From Candidatus Omnitrophota bacterium (lineage in GTDB: Bacteria > Omnitrophota > Gorgyraeia > JABMRG01), in contig JAQUQI010000007.1 of the NCBI GenBank assembly GCA_028716165.1, forward strand, positions 1,191 to 65,190: a DNA stretch of 64,000 nucleotides. The letters are read 5' to 3'. Within the stretch, counting starts at the first letter, position 1. The number at the start of each line of letters is the position of its first letter. The notes beneath the pieces are model-generated. The model did not search any database. It was not told the origin of the DNA and worked only from the letters and a program-made list of their open reading frames with translations. A program made the translations under genes and the position numbers. Shown piece after piece: positions 57,646 to 64,000 of this stretch.

Positions 57646-60439
57646 TTTATTTATAGCGTTATTATTGTGTTTTTTCTTAACAGGTGCATTGTTTTGCCCT
57701 TATACGGCCCAGGCCCGGCAGGAGAGCGCGCCGCAGTCTATAACTGATCTGCCGGATGACGCTTCGCCCGAAGCTTTTTCGGACGAAGATCAGGCCGGCC
57801 CTGTGCCCGATGAGGCGACAGGCCTTATGCCCGAACAGGCCAAATCCGGCGAAAGCCCGGAATCAGGCTATGCGCCTGTAAACGGCCAGGGGCAGTTTCC
57901 TCCCGAAGAAGGCTTGGCGGGCCCGGAAGACGATATTTCCGTTCTGCCGGACAGTCCGCAAACGCCTTCTGCCGACAGCGGCAAGGTATCGCTTGATTTA
58001 AAGAACATAGATATAGTTGAACTTTTGAGGGTGCTTTCTCTTAAGACCGGCAAGACTATAGTCCCAAGCGCGTTTGTGACAGGGCGCATTACCATTTACC
58101 TTGACAATGTCGCCTTTGAGGACGTCCTGGATATCATAGTGCTTACGCAGAATCTGGCGCTTAACAAGGTGAATAATATTTATTACGTGATGAGCCAGGC
58201 CGAATACAAACAGATGTTCGGAAGGAATTATTCTGACCAGAGAATAATAGAGACGATAAAGGTTTCTTACACGAAACCCTCCGTCGCCTTTGAGACATTC
58301 AATCAGCTAAAGTCGGACATCGGAAAACTCGTCGCTGATGAAGCGAGCGGGACCATTATAGTGATAGATATGCCTGAAAACATAGAGCTGATGAAAACAG
58401 CCCTTGAAGAAATAGACAAACCGTTGTCAACTACGACATATGACCTAAATTATGCCAAAGCCGCGGACATAAAGACGCATATAACATCCGCCCTGACCCC
58501 GGGGACAGGAGAGCTTATTGTGGACGAGAGAAGCGGCAAGGCCATAGTCTCGGACCTGCCTAAAAAGATAGACAGGATAGGCGAGCTTGTCCGCGAGATT
58601 GACGATGAGACCCGCCAGGTATATGTGGAGGCGGACATTATTGAGCTTACCTTAAGCGATAAATTTGAGCGGGGTATTGACTGGGAAAAAGTCTATTCCG
58701 CGGCGGCCATGCACGGCTTGAGTTTCGCCGGCTATTTTCCGGCGGTCCTGGCGCAATACCAGAAGATATCCGTGGGAACGCTTGCCGCGGACAACTACAG
58801 GGCTGTTTTGAATTTTCTTGATACATACGGCAAGACCAATATAATTTCCCAGCCGAGGATAGCGGTGATTAATAATGAAGAGTCTTATATCATGGTAGGG
58901 GTGCGCGAGGCGTATATAACGCAGACCCAGAGCCAGGCGACGTCTACTACCGTTACGTCCGAGACTGTGGAATTTATAGACGTGGGTGTCAAATTCAAGA
59001 TAACGCCCAGGATAGGCGCCGACGGCTTTATCGTCATGAAAATAAAACCCGAAGTAAGCTCGGTCAAAGAGACAATAACGACAACCCTCGGAAGCCGCAT
59101 ACCGATAGTCCAGACGTCGGAATCCGAAACCACGGTAAAGGTAAAAGACGGCACCATGATAATGATATCAGGCATGACAAAAATAGAAAAGATTGATACC
59201 GTTAAGGGCTGGCCTGTTGTCTCAAAGGTGCCTTTTTTGGGGGCCTTATTCAGCAGTCGTTCCACGGAGGATAAAAGAACGGAGGTCATAGTTTTTTTAA
59301 CGCCCAGGCTGATGCGCGGCGAGGCTGACATAAGCGGTGAAGAAATAGCAAAGATATTGGAAAAAGAATACCTGCCCGACGGCCTGAAATCAAGGGTATT
59401 ATATGATGAGGCTATGGACCTAATTAAAAGGGGAGAATATTCGCCTGCCGCCGAAAAACTGCGGCAGGTTGCCGAGGCCAATCCTGAATATCTTAAGACG
59501 CAGTATTACCTTTCCTTGGCAGAGGAAGAGCTGGCCAAAGAGCAGGCCCGTCTTGATGCCGCCCGCGAAAAGGAGCTGGATGACAAAAAACGCGATGAGC
59601 AAAACAGGCAAAAAGAGCTGGAAGGCCTGCGCCGCGCGAAAGAAGAAAAGGCCCGGGTGGAGCTTGCCGAAAAAGAACGCCTGCACAAGTTAAACAAACA
59701 GGCAAAGGCTTTGTATAATGAGGCATTGTCGCTTTATTGGGACAGGAAATTTGAAGCGGCTCTTGAAAAATTTAAAGAAACAGAGTCAATATTACCTGAT
59801 TATCTTAAAGTCAGGTATTATCTTGAACGGTGCTTAAAACATATTGATAAAAACCGGGCTTTGCTTGAAGCTGAAGGCAGTAGGCAAAAGCCCGAGGACG
59901 AGGCCCAGCCTGAACGATTACCCCATAAACCGGCTGAAAATCAGAAGCCCGCGCAGAGGACAGGACAGAGGCAGGTTATCCAAAGCGAAAAGCATGCGCC
60001 CGGCCCTGAAGAATTGGCGCGTGAATATTATGCCAAAGGCCTTGGCGCGCAGAAAGAGTCTAAGAACAAAGAGGCCATAGGCTGGTTTCTTAAGGCTGTT
60101 GAATCAGACAAAAAATTCTCCAAGGCGTATAATAGCCTGGGCCTGGCATATGAAGAAGAATTGATGAAGGATAAGGCTGAACAGGCATATCTTGGTGCTG
60201 TATCCGCCGAGCCGTCATATTGTCCGGCATATTCTAATCTGGCATTGATTTGTGAAGAACGACAGGATTTTAACGAAGCGCTTGAGTATTGGCGTAAGCG
60301 GGTTTTTTACGGGGACCCTGGCTCTGATTGGACAAAACAGGCCGCCGCGCGGGTTAAAGAGTTGGAGGAGATATTAGCATCGGATTCCTCGGTGACAGTA
60401 TCGGATTCTTCGTCGCGCCTTCGGCGCTCCTCTGAATGA
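57632..60439 (+). CDS. second secretin paralog with a C-terminal coiled-coil/TPR extension
   Basis: Secretin motifs NIISQPRIAVINNEESYIMVG and VPFLGALF…VIVFLTPRLM, then a KE-rich coiled coil and TPR-like repeats. The start is uncertain between 57596, 57626 and 57632. The stop codon lies inside repeat cluster J. Confidence 0.7.
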   Translation: MRRGNLFIALLLCFFLTGALFCPYTAQARQESAPQSITDLPDDASPEAFSDEDQAGPVPDEATGLMPEQAKSGESPESGYAPVNGQGQFPPEEGLAGPEDDISVLPDSPQTPSADSGKVSLDLKNIDIVELLRVLSLKTGKTIVPSAFVTGRITIYLDNVAFEDVLDIIVLTQNLALNKVNNIYYVMSQAEYKQMFGRNYSDQRIIETIKVSYTKPSVAFETFNQLKSDIGKLVADEASGTIIVIDMPENIELMKTALEEIDKPLSTTTYDLNYAKAADIKTHITSALTPGTGELIVDERSGKAIVSDLPKKIDRIGELVREIDDETRQVYVEADIIELTLSDKFERGIDWEKVYSAAAMHGLSFAGYFPAVLAQYQKISVGTLAADNYRAVLNFLDTYGKTNIISQPRIAVINNEESYIMVGVREAYITQTQSQATSTTVTSETVEFIDVGVKFKITPRIGADGFIVMKIKPEVSSVKETITTTLGSRIPIVQTSESETTVKVKDGTMIMISGMTKIEKIDTVKGWPVVSKVPFLGALFSSRSTEDKRTEVIVFLTPRLMRGEADISGEEIAKILEKEYLPDGLKSRVLYDEAMDLIKRGEYSPAAEKLRQVAEANPEYLKTQYYLSLAEEELAKEQARLDAAREKELDDKKRDEQNRQKELEGLRRAKEEKARVELAEKERLHKLNKQAKALYNEALSLYWDRKFEAALEKFKETESILPDYLKVRYYLERCLKHIDKNRALLEAEGSRQKPEDEAQPERLPHKPAENQKPAQRTGQRQVIQSEKHAPGPEELAREYYAKGLGAQKESKNKEAIGWFLKAVESDKKFSKAYNSLGLAYEEELMKDKAEQAYLGAVSAEPSYCPAYSNLALICEERQDFNEALEYWRKRVFYGDPGSDWTKQAAARVKELEEILASDSSVTVSDSSSRLRRSSE

Positions 60440-60640
60440 CAGGGGGGGGTGCTCGGAATGACAGGCGCATTTTGCCTGTCATCCAGAGCGGCAGGAAGCG
60501 GGGCCAGAGTCATATTATGTCATCCAGAGCGGAACCGTCGAGGCAAGCTTCGTTAGCGAAGGATCTGGGAGTGACCCGTGTGTCATCCAGAGCGGAACAA
60601 TCGGGGTAGAAGTCGTTAGCGAAGGATCTGGTACTGTGCC
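60380..60640. repeat. mosaic repeat cluster J
   Basis: It contains the last about 20 codons and the TGA stop of the upstream gene. Confidence 0.85.
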
Positions 60641-60732
60641 CCCTATAACTTTCAAAACGCTTGCAATCATACTTGACCGCTCATTTTATGTATTGTATAC
60701 TTGTTAATGGGATGAAACAATAGAAGGCGCAT

Positions 60733-61266
60733 ATGAAAACATCGCGGTTTGTTTTATTATTGTTTGTCATGATGACGGTTTTCTCTTTTACCGTTTTCGC
60801 CCGGGCCGATATGGGCCTTGAGGTAGGCCCCGATGATATCAGCCTTGAAGGCGTCTTGCTTGGAGAAAAGCTGTCGTTTTCAAAGATTGCCGGCAGGCCT
60901 ATCGCTCTTGAAATAAAAAATAAAAGCAATAGGGCCTTTGATTATGAGATAAATATACTTTATAGTTTGAATACAACGGCCGGCCTTTCCTATGGTTATT
61001 CGGATATACCTGATACAGGCTGGATAATACCTGAAAATAAAATGATAAAAGTTGAAGCAGGCCAGACAGGCAGGCTCGAGCTTTATATGGCTGTGCCTGA
61101 TGACGCCTCATACGCGGGCAAGGCATACCAGGCAGTCATTGAGGTAAAAAGCATGAAGGACAATCCCAATGATTTGTTTGTCCTGGCATGCCAGTTAAGG
61201 GTTTTTTTTACGACGCGGGCATTGACCCCTGTGTCATCCGGGGCGGAACCGGCGAAGCAAGAGTAG
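60733..61266 (+). CDS. secreted hypothetical protein (C-terminus encoded by a repeat unit)
   Basis: Signal peptide. The last about 13 codons (…TPVSSGAEPAKQE) lie in repeat cluster K. Confidence 0.5.
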   Translation: MKTSRFVLLLFVMMTVFSFTVFARADMGLEVGPDDISLEGVLLGEKLSFSKIAGRPIALEIKNKSNRAFDYEINILYSLNTTAGLSYGYSDIPDTGWIIPENKMIKVEAGQTGRLELYMAVPDDASYAGKAYQAVIEVKSMKDNPNDLFVLACQLRVFFTTRALTPVSSGAEPAKQE

Positions 61267-61418
61267 GCCGCGAAGGATCTGGAAGGGAAATCAGTATTAG
61301 ATTCCTCGCTTCGCTCGGAATGACAGGGGGGGCTCGGAATGACAGGCGTATTTTCCTGTCATCCAGAGCGGCAGGAGGCGGGGCCAGAGTAGGCCGCGAA
61401 GGATCTGGAGGTGAAGGA
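61228..61418. repeat. mosaic repeat cluster K
   Basis: tgtcatccggggcgg…gcgaaggatctggaagggaa…attagattcctcgcttcgctcggaatgaca…ggatctggaggtga. Confidence 0.85.
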
Positions 61419-61419
61419 C

Positions 61420-62475
61420 ATGAGAAATACTCTTCTAATAATAGCAGGTATGATGCTTTTTATCATGGTTTTCGTAAGCCCTGTTTTTGCCGCGGTATCA
61501 GTATCCGTATCAGGCGGGGCATGGGCGATTGGGACTATTGGGCCAGAGTCCGTCAGCATATCGGATTCCGACAAGTGGACAGTTACCAATAATAGCGGCG
61601 CGGCTGAATATATTTATATTAGCGTTGCCTCAACAGGCTCCTGGACAGCATCAACAGACGGCACGCAGACAGCCAATCAATTTGTTTTAAGAGAAGATGA
61701 CGCCAGCGGCAATCTTATTTCATCAACAGCCTATGTTCTTAAAGGTGAATCGTTTGCTAATAATGAAACTTATTCATTCGGCCTTTATTTTAAAGCGCCG
61801 CCAGAAGGCTCTGAAGAAGGCTCTCATACATTGACAATAACATTAACTGCCTCTACCTTTGCGTGTGGGTCTCTTATGACAGTTATCCATACCGCCGGCT
61901 CTGTTGCCCCTGTTACCAAGACAGTAAACTATGGAACAGTCTTAACAAGTCTTACAGGCACAGAACAATGCTGGATAACACAGAATTTAGGAGCTACTCA
62001 ACAGGCAACATCGGCAACAGATACTACAGAGGCCTCGGCAGGCTGGTATTGGCAGTTTAACAGGCCCCAGGGTTATAAGCATGACGGCACAACACGCACG
62101 CCTTCAACAGGATTTATTACTGGTACAATAAACCAAGACAGCGACTGGACCACTGCCAATGACCCTTGCGCTTTATTACTCGGCTCTGGCTGGCGTTTAC
62201 CTACTTCAACAGAGTGGACTAATGCTGATTCAACAGGCGGCTGGACTAATTATACAACAGCATATGCCTCGGTATTGAAATTACATAGAGCGGGATGTCT
62301 TGTCCGCGCTGATGGGTCATTGGGCGCTGTAGGAACATATGGTTATTATCATTCAAGTAACCAATATAGCGATACATATGAATATTTCCTTTTTATACAG
62401 ACTACAACAGCCTGTGAAATGTATACTACTTATAAATCAAACGCGTTTACTGCAAGATGCCTTAAAGATATTTAA
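61420..62475 (+). CDS. secreted Fib_succ_major (FISUMP)-domain protein
   Basis: Signal peptide. C-terminal CWITQNLGA…GWYWQFNR…GWRLPTSTEWTNA matches the Fibrobacter succinogenes major paralogous domain pattern. The Shine-Dalgarno GGAGGTG is donated by the end of repeat cluster K. Confidence 0.65.
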   Translation: MRNTLLIIAGMMLFIMVFVSPVFAAVSVSVSGGAWAIGTIGPESVSISDSDKWTVTNNSGAAEYIYISVASTGSWTASTDGTQTANQFVLREDDASGNLISSTAYVLKGESFANNETYSFGLYFKAPPEGSEEGSHTLTITLTASTFACGSLMTVIHTAGSVAPVTKTVNYGTVLTSLTGTEQCWITQNLGATQQATSATDTTEASAGWYWQFNRPQGYKHDGTTRTPSTGFITGTINQDSDWTTANDPCALLLGSGWRLPTSTEWTNADSTGGWTNYTTAYASVLKLHRAGCLVRADGSLGAVGTYGYYHSSNQYSDTYEYFLFIQTTTACEMYTTYKSNAFTARCLKDI

Positions 62476-62774
62476 TTTTTAAAAATTTAAAGGTGTAAAA
62501 AATTATTAAAATAAAATTTATCCAAGCGATATCAGTCTTAATATTATTTGTATTTTTTTTAGGCCTTTTTCCCAATCCCTCATTATGCCAGGAGCAGTCC
62601 GGCAGAAAGATTATTGCCCATCTTCAGGGCGTATTCAGCTCGGATTTTTCTCTTATTCCGTTTGAAGGGAGCAGGGCTGTAAAAACCATCGCCAAAATAA
62701 CTGATATAAGAGACGGAAACCCCGCTGTTTTTGATATACCCGCCCAATATATACCCGGAGAATTTGTTTTAAGA

Positions 62775-63971
62775 ATGGATTATCGCTCCAAGGAATCCGA
62801 CCGGCCGTATCCTGCCGAGAAATACATCTTTGTAAACGGAGAGGACATAGAATTATTTATAAATCCTCCATATGGCAATAATAGTGATATTACAAAATTT
62901 ACTTTAGGAGAAAAAGAAAATACCGCCTATGACGCTTTTATGAGAGAAAACAGCTCCAGGCGCCAGCAGATAGACCTTCTCATGCAGGTCCTTTTAGCCT
63001 ATGACAGGCCAGAATCAAAATTCTATAAGCAGGTGGAAAAAGAATATGAAACCCGGCGCGGCCATTATAATAAATGGCTAAAAGAGCAGGCATCAAAGAA
63101 CAAAGGCCTTTTTACGGCAAAGCTTTTTCAATTTGAGCATATACCGTATGTTAAATGGGGCGGAAAAGAGGGTGAATACACTGCCCGCCTGCTGGAAAAT
63201 TATTTTGAAGGCATTGACTTTTCATACCCTGATATAATCCGTTCCAGGCAGTTGGCGGTGTTTATGGACAATTATATGAGACTATACGGAGCGCAAGCAG
63301 ATACAGATGAAGAGCGCTCCCCTTTATTCGTAAAAGCGGCCGGCCTTGCCTGCCATAAGGCATCAAAAGGCCATCCAAAGGTATATGGCTGGATGGTGGA
63401 TTATTTTTATTCAGGCTTTGAAGCATATAATGTAAAAGACGGCATGGCTATGCTTAAAGAGCATATTGAAAACCCCGATTGCCTTACGTCAAAGAAACAG
63501 CAGATAGCAAAACGCGCCGAAGGCATGGCAAAGCTTGTCCCCGGCGCTTTGGCCCCTGATTTTACGCTTACCGGCGCGGACAATACGCCATTCTCTTTTC
63601 ACGGATATAAGGCCCGCGGCAGATATAAACTGCTCTTGTTCTGGACAACAGGATGCAAGGGTTGCCTGGATTTTATAAAAGGCATGAAAGGCTGGTATGA
63701 GCAGGCTGAAAATAAAGAGAAGCTTGACATCATAGCCGTAAATCTTGATGAAACAGAAGGCGGTATCAAAAAGTGGCAAGAGATGTCAAAGACGCTTATA
63801 GGCTGGGCCCATTTTCAGGTAAAAGAGGGCGTTAACAGCCAGCCTGCTAATAATTACTCGGTATTAAGCACGCCTGTTATTTTTTTGGTAAACGCCGCGG
63901 ACAATAAAATTGCGGCAAACCCCGATGATTTTAATGGCTTTATCCGGGTATTGGATGAAAATGGGATTTGA
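62775..63971 (+). CDS. TlpA/ResA-like thiol-disulfide oxidoreductase; the real start is probably upstream
   Basis: Thioredoxin fold with the TGCKGC CxxC motif. The upstream in-frame sequence (from about 62499) encodes a signal-peptide-like segment but has no ATG, GTG or TTG. Confidence 0.65.
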   Translation: MDYRSKESDRPYPAEKYIFVNGEDIELFINPPYGNNSDITKFTLGEKENTAYDAFMRENSSRRQQIDLLMQVLLAYDRPESKFYKQVEKEYETRRGHYNKWLKEQASKNKGLFTAKLFQFEHIPYVKWGGKEGEYTARLLENYFEGIDFSYPDIIRSRQLAVFMDNYMRLYGAQADTDEERSPLFVKAAGLACHKASKGHPKVYGWMVDYFYSGFEAYNVKDGMAMLKEHIENPDCLTSKKQQIAKRAEGMAKLVPGALAPDFTLTGADNTPFSFHGYKARGRYKLLLFWTTGCKGCLDFIKGMKGWYEQAENKEKLDIIAVNLDETEGGIKKWQEMSKTLIGWAHFQVKEGVNSQPANNYSVLSTPVIFLVNAADNKIAANPDDFNGFIRVLDENGI

Positions 63972-64000
63972 GAGGCCCTTATAATATTTTATTATAAAGG

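Overview
The 64-kb window comes from a Gram-negative-type anaerobe with about 45 % GC. Secretins, an autotransporter and an MsbA-like exporter indicate an outer membrane; a class III ribonucleotide reductase, ThyX and acetate kinase indicate anaerobic metabolism. Bases 1–22 400 are a syntenic housekeeping block on the + strand: purD(partial)-purE-tsaC-LMW-PTP-rpiB-glyA-dCMP deaminase; nrdR-nrdD-nrdH-like-nrdG; an msbA-like ABC exporter; thyX; rpsB-tsf-pyrH-frr; tRNA-Lys; a 1083-aa tandem-repeat protein; archease-rtcB; serS. The remainder (about 22 400–64 000) is accessory-looking. It holds three tRNA-Ser genes (TGA, CGA, GGA), a GIY-YIG nuclease, and a small island after tRNA-Ser(GGA) containing a zeta-toxin-like gene with an in-frame TAG, a HigB/HigA-like pair, GNAT, VOC and DUF3795 genes. 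It also holds ackA plus a degenerate ackA paralog, and a 1375-aa secreted protein that fuses a phosphomannomutase-like domain to a class II aldolase domain. An 852-bp stretch covering the C-terminus of that protein and the following repeat is duplicated with 100 % identity at the end of a HEAT-repeat protein. Further genes are an autotransporter, an MSHA/type-II-like secretin locus (ExeA-like ATPase plus two secretins), a Fib_succ_major-domain protein and a TlpA-like thioredoxin. Two things stand out. The first is a previously unannotated minus-strand RiPP-like operon at about 50.8–53.6 kb: HprK-like kinase, radical SAM/SPASM maturase, three tandem Cys-containing precursor peptides of 50–57 aa that the ORF track missed, and a PqqD recognition protein, with a convergent NTP_transf_5-like nucleotidyltransferase. 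The second is a dense family of mosaic palindromic intergenic repeats, with 11 clusters and one solo unit totalling about 3.7 kb. These bracket accessory genes and in three places supply a gene's stop codon, C-terminal codons or Shine-Dalgarno sequence.
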